From: Bdellovibrionales bacterium GWB1_55_8
Lineage (GTDB): Bacteria; Bdellovibrionota; UBA1018
Direction: 5' to 3'
NCBI GenBank assembly: GCA_001769835.1
Contig: MEPR01000073.1
Span: 1,112 to 65,111, forward strand
DNA length: 64,000 nucleotides
Shown here: positions 47,644-57,407 of the stretch, piece by piece
Layout: each line of letters opens with the position of its first letter
Position numbering within the stretch: the first letter of the stretch is position 1
The notes under the pieces: generated by a model
Database searches by the model: none
What the model saw: the letters and a program-made list of their open reading frames with translations, nothing else
Told to the model about the DNA's origin: nothing
Made by a program: the position numbers and the translations under genes

Positions 47644-47757
47644 AACGTGCGCTGATACCCCGAAAAACTGTCTGAACTTCAGTCAGTTCGTAAAAACTCT
47701 ACTCTGGTGCATTATGACACTATGTGTCAAATCAAGGACTTAGCCCCGTCTAACCGC

Positions 47758-47773
47758 TGGCACTCGACTTGCT
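47758..47773 (+). promoter_or_regulatory. sigma54 -24/-12 promoter
   Basis: TGGCACTCGACTTGCT; palindrome TGACAC-N3-GTGTCA upstream at 47715-47729. Confidence 0.65.
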
Positions 47774-47786
47774 CAAGGGGCCCGGC

Positions 47787-48101
47787 ATGAGCAACGTAGT
47801 TTCCTTGCAGTCGTTGAGGGATGTCAGAAAAGCCGAAGCCGACGATACGGAATACAAGGCCCGGATCCTCGGTATGGACAAGCTCGAGCTCCTTGAGGAG
47901 ATGGTCGCATTCCAGCAGGAACGCAGCTCCACAGGGCACCTGACGCTTTCCATGATGATCCGCGGACGGATTCTTTTCAAAGCCCTCGAACAGAACGCAG
48001 AGACGCAGGAACTCCTGCTCCTCACGCGGTCATACCGCCGCCACCTCGAGTTTGAACTCGCGGAGTTCGTGAAGAACGGACGCCTGAGCGAAAGCGGATA
48101 A
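47787..48101 (+). CDS. Small helical hypothetical protein
   Basis: MSNVVSL start after AAGGGG; fills the intergenic space. Confidence 0.7.
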   Translation: MSNVVSLQSLRDVRKAEADDTEYKARILGMDKLELLEEMVAFQQERSSTGHLTLSMMIRGRILFKALEQNAETQELLLLTRSYRRHLEFELAEFVKNGRLSESG

Positions 48102-48104
48102 ATC

Positions 48105-49427
48105 CTACAGAAGATTGCTCGCCAGCTCCGAAAGCTTCGACCGTTCGCCCTTGCTGAGGGTGATGTGCGCTGAGATGGCCTCTTCCTTGAATCTTTCCAC
48201 CAGATACACCAAACCGTTATTCGCGGAATCCACGTAAGGATTGTCGATCTGATAGCTATCGCCCGTGAGCACGATTTTCGTGTTATCGCCGGCGCGAGTC
48301 ACGATCGTCTTGATCTCGTGCGGAGTCAGGTTCTGCGCTTCGTCCACGATCAGATACTGCTGCGGAATCGAACGACCGCGAATATAGGTCAGCGGCTCGA
48401 TCTGAAGCAGGCCTTGGTTCATCAGTTCCTGGCAGCCTTTACCAGCTCCCCTTCGACCTTTCGCGCCGGTGGCGCCAAACAGAAAGTCGATGTTGTCGTA
48501 GATCGGCTGCATCCAGGGGTTCAGCTTCTCTTCGAGATCGCCAGGAAGGAATCCGATATCCTTTCCAAGCGGGAACACCGGGCGAGAAACCAAGAGACGA
48601 TGGTAGACGCCTTCATCCACGGTCTTCGCAAGACCAGCGGCGATCGCGAGCAGCGTTTTACCGGTACCGGCTTTGCCGACGAGACTGACCAGCTTGATGT
48701 CATCGTTCAAAAGAGCGTCAAACGCGAAGGCCTGTTCCGCATTCTTCGGGAAAATGCCCCAGAGGCCCTCTGCGGGCTTGAACACCGGCACGATGCAATC
48801 CAGGTCCTTCGAGTAGCGGCCCATCGCCGTATGATTCGGATTGGCCGAGTCCTTGAGAATCACGTACTGATTCGCCTTCAGACCAGTCAGCCCTTCGGTG
48901 ATGGGAAGGCGCTTGTTCTGATAAAACTCATCGACCTTTGAGGGGTCGACGGAAAGCGACGTCGTGCCCGCGTAAAGCTGCTCAGGTTCAACACTGGACG
49001 GTTCATAATCTTCCGCTTGAATGCCGAGCGCATCCGCTTTGATCCTGAGGTTCGTGTCTTTCGTTACGAATACGATCGGCCGCTTCGGATGCTCTTTCTT
49101 CAAAGTCAGAGCAAGGGACAGCATACGGTTATCCGCCTTGTCCATGATCAGCTCGAAAGGAAGGGGCTGTTCGCTTCCGAGTTCCACCGTGAGGATGCCG
49201 CCGTTCGGGATCTTCACGCCTTTGGAAAGCTCACCGTCCGCCCGCATTTCATCGATCAGACGGGAAAACAGACGGGCGTGGCGGCCGTTCTCGCTCATGT
49301 CGCGCTTGAACCGGTCAATCTCCTCAATTACGACAATCGGAATGATGATGTCGTTGCTGCCAAACTTGAACATGGCCTGTGGATCGAACAGCAAAACGTT
49401 GGTGTCGATGATGAACGCTTTACGCAA
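48105..49427 (-). CDS. PIN-PhoH (PhoH2/YlaK-like) ATPase
   Basis: PIN motifs IDTNVLL and TKDTNLRIKA; GKAGTGKT, YIRGRS, DEAQN and GERS. TTG start after AAGGAGG. Confidence 0.92.
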   Translation of the reverse strand: MRKAFIIDTNVLLFDPQAMFKFGSNDIIIPIVVIEEIDRFKRDMSENGRHARLFSRLIDEMRADGELSKGVKIPNGGILTVELGSEQPLPFELIMDKADNRMLSLALTLKKEHPKRPIVFVTKDTNLRIKADALGIQAEDYEPSSVEPEQLYAGTTSLSVDPSKVDEFYQNKRLPITEGLTGLKANQYVILKDSANPNHTAMGRYSKDLDCIVPVFKPAEGLWGIFPKNAEQAFAFDALLNDDIKLVSLVGKAGTGKTLLAIAAGLAKTVDEGVYHRLLVSRPVFPLGKDIGFLPGDLEEKLNPWMQPIYDNIDFLFGATGAKGRRGAGKGCQELMNQGLLQIEPLTYIRGRSIPQQYLIVDEAQNLTPHEIKTIVTRAGDNTKIVLTGDSYQIDNPYVDSANNGLVYLVERFKEEAISAHITLSKGERSKLSELASNLL

Positions 49428-49585
49428 AGATGCCTCCTTGGCGATCGTCCAGGATCTGGTGAAACCAGCTTCCTGGTCGAATGGCCGCTGGCCTTTTATC
49501 TGAACGAAAGGACCAGCGAGCGGGTGTTGCTAACTCTGCGTCAAATTTAGAACAAAAGAGCCAGACACTGCAAGGCGGATTTAAC

Positions 49586-50671
49586 CTAAATGCCGATCTT
49601 CAGCGCCACCTGAAGGAGGTAACGGCGCTGGGAATCCTGCAGGATCATGCTTCCAAGCTCCTCGCCGTAGGATACTGCGGTGATTTTGAGGAGCCAGATA
49701 TCGAAACCCGCCCCGTAGGTGAGAAACGCCTGGTTGAACCCGCCATAAAACGTGAAAAGAGGGAGCGCGACTTCCACGCCGAGATGATTTTTCTTTCGCC
49801 AGTCGCCTGAAGTGAGCGCGTGACGGTAGTCATAGCTGACGATCGTGGTGACTCCGGGCAATTTGTATTTTGCCGCTATTCCCGATGAAAAATTGCTTTC
49901 CACCGGGTCGGGGTCCTCGCCGAACTTTGTCCTGCCGATATCGGTGTACGCCAGCCCCCAGCTCACGTCCAGCCGACCGTTCAGCTTGCGGATATACTGA
50001 AGGCCGAGATCAAACCCGTAGCCCCTGTGAAAACTTCCGGCGATCTGCTGATAAATCTCCGGACTCACATTGAGGAGCTGGGTCAAGGAGAGCTGCCTGT
50101 AACCTCCCCGCCTCCAGAGAAGTTTTGCACCCACGCCGACGCGCAGATCGTCCGGTCCGCGGTTGCGCTTTTTAAGCGAAGTCCCCCAGGCGAATTGGAT
50201 TCCGTTGGTTTGCTGATAGCCCAGCGTGATCTGAGGGAGCGAACGGTTACGAGCGGAAATCGAGGTCTGCGCATCCAATATCAGGCCGATTCCAAGATTG
50301 GGCATGACGATGGTCGGCGTGATCTGCGCGCGCCCGTAAATGTTCTTGCCCATCAACACGTTCAGACTGTCCCCGCTGATCTCGCTGAAGGCATCCATGC
50401 TCTCCTGCGCAGTCGTGATGATGTCGCTCGAGGCCTCGAGGTCGGCCACGACATAACGGACGCGGTGGGACGTAATGCCAGCCATTCCGGCGGGATTCAT
50501 GAAAATGGCCTGCTCATCATCGGCAACCGCGGTAAAAGCGTTCCCCATCGCCTGGGCGCGGGTTCCTCGATAGAGTTCTCGAAACTCCGTGGCCTGCGCG
50601 GCCGCCGCGACCAGAAAGGAAGCAAGAGCGAGGGCGGGCAGTGCGCGTGTATTCTTGAGAAGGCGCTTCAC
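49586..50671 (-). CDS. Outer-membrane beta-barrel, FadL/PorV/TraF_2-like
   Basis: Signal peptide; RAQAMGNAFTAVADD..AIFMNPAG hatch motif; amphipathic strands. Confidence 0.7.
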   Translation of the reverse strand: MKRLLKNTRALPALALASFLVAAAAQATEFRELYRGTRAQAMGNAFTAVADDEQAIFMNPAGMAGITSHRVRYVVADLEASSDIITTAQESMDAFSEISGDSLNVLMGKNIYGRAQITPTIVMPNLGIGLILDAQTSISARNRSLPQITLGYQQTNGIQFAWGTSLKKRNRGPDDLRVGVGAKLLWRRGGYRQLSLTQLLNVSPEIYQQIAGSFHRGYGFDLGLQYIRKLNGRLDVSWGLAYTDIGRTKFGEDPDPVESNFSSGIAAKYKLPGVTTIVSYDYRHALTSGDWRKKNHLGVEVALPLFTFYGGFNQAFLTYGAGFDIWLLKITAVSYGEELGSMILQDSQRRYLLQVALKIGI

Positions 50672-51633
50672 AGAGGCACCACCCAGCTGGCGTTCACCAG
50701 GTTCACGATTCCTGCGGCAGCGCAGGAATTTTTATCCGTGAGCAAACCGGTACAGCTCCTGCGATTTCTGAGGGTGATCGGGCAACCATCGCAAACGAGA
50801 CCACAGACAAAGCAGCCTGCCGTGCAGGCGGCGTCCATACCATCGGCAATACCGGTCTTCAACGTCAGCAGAGCCGCTCCCAGTTCGGGACTGCTTGAGT
50901 TCGCCACCGAGCCCACCGTGTCCACGAAATTCAGCACCGATGAAGCAAATGCGCAGCCGTCGGTCTCCATGTCCACATGGTCACCCGCCTGCCATGGCAA
51001 GGTGCCCAGATAAGTGGCGTCGGGCGCGCCAAAGCGGTTTTCCATGGCGCCAATCGCCGCAAGGCTCACGAAAAGAAGATAGAGATTGGCGTCATCCGCG
51101 CGGTCAGACGCGAGCGTGGCCCCGGGATTGAACCCTTCCGGATCGATATAGCTTTCCGGCAGGATCACGGCGCCAGGTTTCAGAGTCGCCATCAGCGCAT
51201 CGGAGGCGAGGATCGCGCCTTCCACGGCTTTATCGTCTGGATCGCTCGCGGGCGAAGGGAAAAGTTTCGCAAGAAGCGACCAAAACGCGCCACCCCCGAG
51301 CAATGGCGAATTCTCGACAAGCTCCCCGATCATTTTAAAAAAATTCACGTTTGCCACGCAGGCGTAAGCGGAGGCGGTGATCATCCGCACTTCATTATCA
51401 ACGCTCGCGGACTTGTAGATCCCCTCTAATTTCTCGATCGCCTCAGTGCACTCACCCTCGGAAAGATGAATCTGAGCGGCATCGAGAGTCGCGCGTCTGC
51501 CATCGATCGTTGATGTATCGTAATCAGTCCCGCAACGGACAAAACTCAACACCAGCAGCGCGCAAAGCGCCACTCTACCGAAGTTCTTCAACCCTGCCGC
51601 AAATGAATCGTTCCCACGAAAAAACGGGATCAC
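50668..51633 (-). CDS. Cys-rich helical putative lipoprotein
   Basis: Lipobox-like FVRC; TPR-like N-terminal helices; overlaps the start of the barrel gene. Confidence 0.65.
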   Translation of the reverse strand: MIPFFRGNDSFAAGLKNFGRVALCALLVLSFVRCGTDYDTSTIDGRRATLDAAQIHLSEGECTEAIEKLEGIYKSASVDNEVRMITASAYACVANVNFFKMIGELVENSPLLGGGAFWSLLAKLFPSPASDPDDKAVEGAILASDALMATLKPGAVILPESYIDPEGFNPGATLASDRADDANLYLLFVSLAAIGAMENRFGAPDATYLGTLPWQAGDHVDMETDGCAFASSVLNFVDTVGSVANSSSPELGAALLTLKTGIADGMDAACTAGCFVCGLVCDGCPITLRNRRSCTGLLTDKNSCAAAGIVNLVNASWVVPL

Positions 51634-51726
51634 CTGTTCATTGTGCGGCGAATCCGGGATTTTTCCAAGCCGGAGAACACAGGGAAAAGCGTCGGTTTTT
51701 TGACGACCCGGACTACCTGTCCGGCC

Positions 51727-52242
51727 TCAGCTCTTTCTGACCGGGTTGGCGCGTCTCAGGGGAATCTTCTCCTTCAAACGTTCCGCAACCAGCGGCGGCA
51801 CGTAAGGCGAAACATCGCCGCCATAGTGAAAAAGTTCCTTGATCATGCTTGAACTCACGAAATAAAGATTCTGCGCGGTCATCATGAAAACTGTCTCGAC
51901 GGCGGCGTTGATGTTCTTGTTCATGCTCGCCATCATGAATTCGTACTCAAAGTCGCTCGCCGCTCGCAAGCCGCGGATGACGGCAGCCACATCGTGCTCC
52001 CGCGCATACTCCATGATCAGCCCGGGCCAGTGATCCACCTTCACGCCTTTTCGGTCGGCGGTGACGTCGCGAATCAGCTGGATCCGCTCCTCAACCGTGA
52101 ACAGGGGGCTCTTGTGCCCGGTACCTGCCACGATGATCGTGACCTCCGGAAAAAGGATCAAAGAGCGGTCCAGGATATCGAGATGCCCGTTGGTGATCGG
52201 ATCAAAGGAACCGGGATAAATCGCTCGTTTCTTGCTTGGCAT
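51727..52242 (-). CDS. coaD: Phosphopantetheine adenylyltransferase
   Basis: YPGSFDPITNGHLDI, IRGLRAASDFEYE and VSSSMIKE motifs. Confidence 0.97.
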   Translation of the reverse strand: MPSKKRAIYPGSFDPITNGHLDILDRSLILFPEVTIIVAGTGHKSPLFTVEERIQLIRDVTADRKGVKVDHWPGLIMEYAREHDVAAVIRGLRAASDFEYEFMMASMNKNINAAVETVFMMTAQNLYFVSSSMIKELFHYGGDVSPYVPPLVAERLKEKIPLRRANPVRKS

Positions 52243-52245
52243 CGC

Positions 52246-52836
52246 TCAAGCCTCCGCTCTTTCGTAGGTCGTCAGCACGCTCTCACCATAGATTTTCTCC
52301 CGCACCTTAGCAAGGAACGGGGCACTTTCGGGGAGCTCTTCCATTTTGAAATCACGCGATTTGAGCCTTCCCCACTCGATCAGAAGATTCCCACCCGGAG
52401 CAAGAACCTCCTGCCAGGATATCTTGCCCTCAAATCCGCTCAAAATTCGTTTTTCCCAGCCTTCCGCATACGGCGGGTCCGCGATCACGATATCAAATGG
52501 CGCGCCACGCAGGAGTCGTGGAACCGCTCTCTCGACGGATTCCCCGACGAGCTCGACGCGGTCATGAATGCCCAGTTCCTCGACATTTTTTTCGAGAAGC
52601 CGAAACGAACTCCGGTCATGTTCCACAAATGTGACCTTCCTGGCGCCACGGGAAATAGCCTCGAAACCCAAGGTACCCGCACCAGCGAAAAGATCGAGGA
52701 CATTGGAATCAGGGATCAGAAGTTGAATCGAGTTGAATAACGCCTGCCTCAGACGAGCCTGTGTCGGTCGGGTGTGCAGGCCCGCCGGCGAGTGGATCAT
52801 CCGACCGCGAAATTCACCTCCGGTCAGGCGCAGCAT
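52246..52836 (-). CDS. rsmD: 16S rRNA (guanine966-N2)-methyltransferase RsmD
   Basis: TRPT, LDLFAGAGTLGFEAISRGA and ADPPY motifs; directly upstream of coaD. Confidence 0.93.
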   Translation of the reverse strand: MLRLTGGEFRGRMIHSPAGLHTRPTQARLRQALFNSIQLLIPDSNVLDLFAGAGTLGFEAISRGARKVTFVEHDRSSFRLLEKNVEELGIHDRVELVGESVERAVPRLLRGAPFDIVIADPPYAEGWEKRILSGFEGKISWQEVLAPGGNLLIEWGRLKSRDFKMEELPESAPFLAKVREKIYGESVLTTYERAEA

Positions 52837-52847
52837 CGCGAGGACGA

Positions 52848-53402
52848 TCAGGCCACTCTGCGAAGTTTGGAATCGCGCCGCACGGGAATCTTGAATTCCG
52901 TCCCGTCGGACAACTGCACTTTCAGCATATTATCCGAGAATCCGACAGTGACTTGTTCGCCTTCATAATCATATTGAAGAGTCAGGGTCATGCTGCCGGT
53001 CAGACGAAGAGAAAGCGCTCCGCCGTCCATCGGCTTCGAGGTCGCCGCGGGCATGGCCTGAGGCTCAGGGCGCTCATAGGCGAGGCGCACGGGAACCGGG
53101 GCTTCTTCCTGCTGGGTGTCTTCTTCTTGATAAGCTTCCTCTTCGACCGGCGCGGTTTCGCCGGTTCCGATCGAAGCAAGCATTCCGCCGCTCGTGGGCT
53201 CTTCTTCCTCGTGCAGGTCCGCCAAGGTTTCCTCCATCGAGACGTCGCTTTCCTCGGAATGAAACTCAGCCATGGGTTCGGTCTCGGCTTCGGCTTCAGC
53301 GACAGTCTCGGCTGTCGGCGCCTCGGGCGTTTCGTTCATCACTTCCTGCAGTTTTTCAATCTCTCCCATGATTTTTTCAATTTCATCCTGCGTATCGGTC
53401 AT
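52848..53402 (-). CDS. Acidic, largely disordered hypothetical protein with a small C-terminal beta domain
   Basis: GAGGT RBS before ATG 53402; E/P/A-rich middle region. Confidence 0.7.
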   Translation of the reverse strand: MTDTQDEIEKIMGEIEKLQEVMNETPEAPTAETVAEAEAETEPMAEFHSEESDVSMEETLADLHEEEEPTSGGMLASIGTGETAPVEEEAYQEEDTQQEEAPVPVRLAYERPEPQAMPAATSKPMDGGALSLRLTGSMTLTLQYDYEGEQVTVGFSDNMLKVQLSDGTEFKIPVRRDSKLRRVA

Positions 53403-53560
53403 TGGCACACCTCTCCGGAGATTGATCTCTTCTCCAGAACTTTTCGGCTGGAATGAGGAAAATATTAAGTCCAATAATGTCCGCAAGATGAAGGTATCGC
53501 ATCCTTGGGTATGTTTTGTTTTTTATTGAAGAATTTGTCGCCAAGATTGAGCCCAGGCGC

Positions 53561-53953
53561 CTACTTGGCTGAAGGCACAAGCCCCTTGGCCGCGATCAGC
53601 ACGTCGGCCGTAGCGCGATTGCAGGCCATCGGCACATTATAGAGGGTCGCGATCCTAAGAAGCGCTTTCACGTCGACATCATGAGGATGCGGAGAAAGCG
53701 GATCCATGAAGAAGACCACCAGGCTGACCTTCCCCTCCGCGATTTGAGCACCGATCTGCTGATCACCGCCTAGCGGACCACTCTTGAAGCGATGAACCGG
53801 AAGCCCAAGCTCTTTTTTCAGCAGAGAACCGGTGGTTCCCGTAGCGATCAGCTTGTATTTCGCGAGTCGCGCGCGGTTTTTCTTCGCCCATTCGACCATG
53901 GCAGGCTTGAGATTATCGTGTGCGATGAGTGCCAGGCGGTTCGGATGCGGCAT
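53561..53953 (-). CDS. mgsA: Methylglyoxal synthase
   Basis: ALIAHD, ATGTTG, SGPLGGDQQIG and PHDVDVKALLR motifs. Confidence 0.97.
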   Translation of the reverse strand: MPHPNRLALIAHDNLKPAMVEWAKKNRARLAKYKLIATGTTGSLLKKELGLPVHRFKSGPLGGDQQIGAQIAEGKVSLVVFFMDPLSPHPHDVDVKALLRIATLYNVPMACNRATADVLIAAKGLVPSAK

Positions 53954-54062
53954 GGAGCAGATCCTCTTTGAAAAGGTCTACCCAACCGGGCGGTTTTTAT
54001 CAAGTTAGTGAGTTTCATGCGTGGACAGAGAGCCCTGCTCTGGGCTATCACGGTTGGCTTAC

Positions 54063-55949
54063 ATGACACTTCCAATCAGAAACGTTTGTATTATCGCTCA
54101 CGTCGACCACGGCAAAACCACGCTCGTTGACTTCATGCTTCGCCAAGCCGGCACCTTTCGTCAGCACGAAACGGTTGTCGAGCGGGTCATGGACTCCATG
54201 GATCTCGAGAAAGAACGTGGAATCACGATTCTCGCCAAAAACACGGCCGTGCGAGTGCGCGACACGAAAATCAACATCGTGGATACCCCTGGCCACGCCG
54301 ACTTTGGCGGTGAGGTCGAGCGTATCATCGGCATGGTAGATGGAGCACTTCTTCTGGTCGACGCCGCCGAAGGCCCGCTTCCGCAAACGAGATTCGTGCT
54401 CCAGAAAGCCCTGGCAGCCGGTCAACGAGTGATCCTCGTCTTAAACAAGGTGGACCGGCCCGAGTGCGTCGGCGGCACCCGTACCCAGGAAGTGCTGAAC
54501 CAGACCTTCGACCTGTTCTTTGAACTCGGTGCCACGGAAGAGCAGATGGAATTCCCGATCGTTTACGCCTGCGCCCGCGAAGGCTGGTGCACGACGGATT
54601 TCAACGAGATCCCGGAGCTGATCGCCGGCACGAAAAAAGGGACCCTTCAGCCCCTTTTTGACGCCCTTCTGAAGTACATCCCGCAAGCGACGGTCAGCGA
54701 TGAACCCGGTTTTCAGATGCTGGTCTCGAATCTGGCCTACTCCGACTACGTGGGCAGGCTTGCCACGGGCCGAATTCTTTCCGGAACGCTCACGCGAGGT
54801 CAGAAGCTCTTTCGCCGCGGCCGGAACGCGGCAGGCGACCCGGTGGATGAGCCATTCACCGCGGCCAGAATTTACACCTTTGAAGGGCTCCAGCAGGTGG
54901 AAGTCTCCGAAGTTCAGGGCGCCGACATCTGCGTGATCGCCGGAAATGAAAACGTCGAAATCGGCGACACTATCACGGGCTCGGAGAGCGTCAAGACGCT
55001 TCCGCGCATCGAAGTTGAAGCGCCCACCCTGGGCATGGTCTTCTGCGTGAACACCTCCCCTCTTTCAGGTAAGGAGGGCGAAGCCATTCAATCGAGAAAA
55101 CTTCGCGAGCGTCTGCTCAGGGAAGTTCGAAACAACGTCGCCTTGCGATTCCAGGAAACCGAACTACCCGACCAGTTCCGAATCCTCGGGCGTGGCGAGC
55201 TTCAGTTCGCGATCCTGATTGAACAGATGCGCCGCGAAGGTTTCGAGTTCATGATCGGCAAACCGATTGTGCTGTACCGCAAGGGACCTGATGGCGACCG
55301 GCTCGAACCCATCGAAACCGCCGTGCTGGATCTGCCTGAAGAACACGCAAGCGAAGTCACCTCCATCTTCCAGAAGAGAAAAGGCATCCTGAAAAAATAC
55401 GAGGCCCTTTCGGCACCTCACGGGACCACTCGCCAGCGCGTCAGGCTTGAAATCGAACTGCCCACACGCGGGCTGCTCGGCATGCGGTCGCGCTACCTCA
55501 CCACGACCCGTGGCGAAGGGCTTTTCAGCTCGCACGTCACCAGCTACGCAAGCTTCAAGGGCGACATCCCGCACCGCAATTTCGGAGCCCTGGTGAGCGA
55601 CCGCTCGGGCGACACCGTCGAGTACGGCCTCCTCGGACTTGAAGACCGCGGCATCCTGTTCTTCGGCCCGGGCGTTCCGGTCTATGAAGGAATGGTCATC
55701 GGCGAGAACAATCGCGAGAACGACATGAACGTCAATCCCTGCCGTGCGAAGAAACTCACGAATATCCGGGCTGCTCATGCTGAATTGCTTGTGACGCTTT
55801 CGGGCATTCGCGAGATGTCGCTCGAACGCTGCCTGGAATGGATCGATGAGGACGAGTGGATCGAAGTCACTCCCAAATCGATCCGCGTCAGAAAGAAAGT
55901 GCTCCAGGCAAATCTGAGGAGCGTCAAACGAGCGGATCGGATCGATTAA
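54063..55949 (+). CDS. typA: Translational GTPase TypA/BipA
   Basis: IAHVDHGKTTLVD, ERGITILAKN, DTPGHADFGGEVER, GRGELQ and EVTPKSIR motifs. Confidence 0.96.
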   Translation: MTLPIRNVCIIAHVDHGKTTLVDFMLRQAGTFRQHETVVERVMDSMDLEKERGITILAKNTAVRVRDTKINIVDTPGHADFGGEVERIIGMVDGALLLVDAAEGPLPQTRFVLQKALAAGQRVILVLNKVDRPECVGGTRTQEVLNQTFDLFFELGATEEQMEFPIVYACAREGWCTTDFNEIPELIAGTKKGTLQPLFDALLKYIPQATVSDEPGFQMLVSNLAYSDYVGRLATGRILSGTLTRGQKLFRRGRNAAGDPVDEPFTAARIYTFEGLQQVEVSEVQGADICVIAGNENVEIGDTITGSESVKTLPRIEVEAPTLGMVFCVNTSPLSGKEGEAIQSRKLRERLLREVRNNVALRFQETELPDQFRILGRGELQFAILIEQMRREGFEFMIGKPIVLYRKGPDGDRLEPIETAVLDLPEEHASEVTSIFQKRKGILKKYEALSAPHGTTRQRVRLEIELPTRGLLGMRSRYLTTTRGEGLFSSHVTSYASFKGDIPHRNFGALVSDRSGDTVEYGLLGLEDRGILFFGPGVPVYEGMVIGENNRENDMNVNPCRAKKLTNIRAAHAELLVTLSGIREMSLERCLEWIDEDEWIEVTPKSIRVRKKVLQANLRSVKRADRID

Positions 55950-57341
55950 ATGACCGGGAAGGGCGCTTACCAGCTCGAGCGCAGACTCCTGGGGAAGACC
56001 GGCTGGGAAGTATCCCCGGTCGGATTCGGTTCCTATCGCATCGATGACAAAACCCCCGCCCACCGCGAGGCGCTGCAAGCCGCTCTGACGTCGGGATGCA
56101 ACCTCATTGATACGAGTTCGAATTATACGGACGGCGGTTCTGAACGCCTGATTGGGTCGGTTGTCGGCGCGGTGAAACCGCGTGACGAGATCCATGTCGT
56201 CACGAAAGCGGGATACGTCCAGGGCGAGCAGCTGGAACTGGCGCGTCTTCGCATCAGCCAGGGCAAACCCATTCCCGAGATGGTGCAGTTTGCCCATGAT
56301 TGCTGGCACTGCATCTCTCCTGAATTCCTGTCGATGCAGATCCAGCGTTCACTCACCCGCCTCGGTTTTGAGCGACTGGACGCCCTCCTGCTTCACAATC
56401 CGGAATACTTCCTGCGGACCGAGCCCGATCACGCCGAGTATTACCGGCGTATCAGACAGGCTTTCGAATACCTGGAAACGGAAGTCGAGCGCGGACGTAT
56501 TGGCTGGTACGGCATTTCATCGAACACCCTTGCACATCCCAAGGACGCGCCGGACTATACCTCACTGGAGGTGCTGCTGGAGCTTGCGAACGCGATCCGG
56601 CCCGATCACCATTTCGCGATCATCGAGTTTCCCTTCAATCTGTTTGAACCCGGTGGCGCCCTCGAGAGAAACAATTCGGGCAAAACGGTTCTGGAACTCG
56701 CGCAGGAGAACCATCTCGGTGTCCTGACGAACAGGCCGCTGAACGCGTTCAACCAAGGCCGTTTGCTCAGGCTCGCCGACTTCCCGTCGCATCCTGCAAG
56801 AGATCTGGAAACCGAGCTGCAGGAAGCGCTGACGCATGTGATGCAGCTCGAGTCGAGTTATCCCGAGAGTTCCGATCTCCCGGTGAAACGAATGGTCTGG
56901 GGCCACGCCATTCGCAAGAACTTCCTGACCCTGGTCACTCCGGAAACCTGGCACCAGGTTCGCTTCGGCCAGATTGAACCTGCCATTCGGGGTTCGCTTG
57001 AACTCCTCGCCGGTCACTCGGAACTGGCGCCTTGGGCTGACGAATACCGGTTTCGCACCGAAGAACTTTTTGAGATTCTGACGGCCTATGTCGAAAGCGA
57101 GGCCTCATCGAATGCGAAACGCCTCGCAGCAAAGCTCGACGAGCTCTGCCCGGAACTGAAAACCGAGCCGACGCTGGTGAGGAAGGTTCTGAAACTCTCG
57201 CTTTCCGTTCCAGGAATCGACTGCGTGCTGCTGGGCATGCGCCAGCCCCGGTATGTGGCCGACGCAACCGCGACCGCTGAGCTGATCGCACCCGAACGGG
57301 CGCTTGCAACGCTTCAGAGCCTGAACGAAGACCCCAGCTAG
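55950..57341 (+). CDS. Aldo/keto reductase family protein
   Basis: LGKTG..VSPVGFG, IDTSSNY..G.SE, TKAGY, LLHNPE and GISSN motifs. Confidence 0.85.
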   Translation: MTGKGAYQLERRLLGKTGWEVSPVGFGSYRIDDKTPAHREALQAALTSGCNLIDTSSNYTDGGSERLIGSVVGAVKPRDEIHVVTKAGYVQGEQLELARLRISQGKPIPEMVQFAHDCWHCISPEFLSMQIQRSLTRLGFERLDALLLHNPEYFLRTEPDHAEYYRRIRQAFEYLETEVERGRIGWYGISSNTLAHPKDAPDYTSLEVLLELANAIRPDHHFAIIEFPFNLFEPGGALERNNSGKTVLELAQENHLGVLTNRPLNAFNQGRLLRLADFPSHPARDLETELQEALTHVMQLESSYPESSDLPVKRMVWGHAIRKNFLTLVTPETWHQVRFGQIEPAIRGSLELLAGHSELAPWADEYRFRTEELFEILTAYVESEASSNAKRLAAKLDELCPELKTEPTLVRKVLKLSLSVPGIDCVLLGMRQPRYVADATATAELIAPERALATLQSLNEDPS

Positions 57342-57407
57342 GCAAAACCTGCCCGGGCAAAACCGACCCATTTACGAAAATCCCCGCTCACCAGACAATG
57401 GAAAGCG

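Noticed and set aside
49586-50671. Conjugation gene (TraF) or ICE
   Set aside because: No other tra, relaxase or T4SS genes; it sits among housekeeping genes.
50027-51013. 328-aa plus-strand ORF
   Set aside because: Antisense to the barrel and lipoprotein genes; such shadows are common in GC-rich DNA.
55164-56309. 381-aa minus-strand ORF
   Set aside because: Antisense to typA and the aldo/keto reductase gene.
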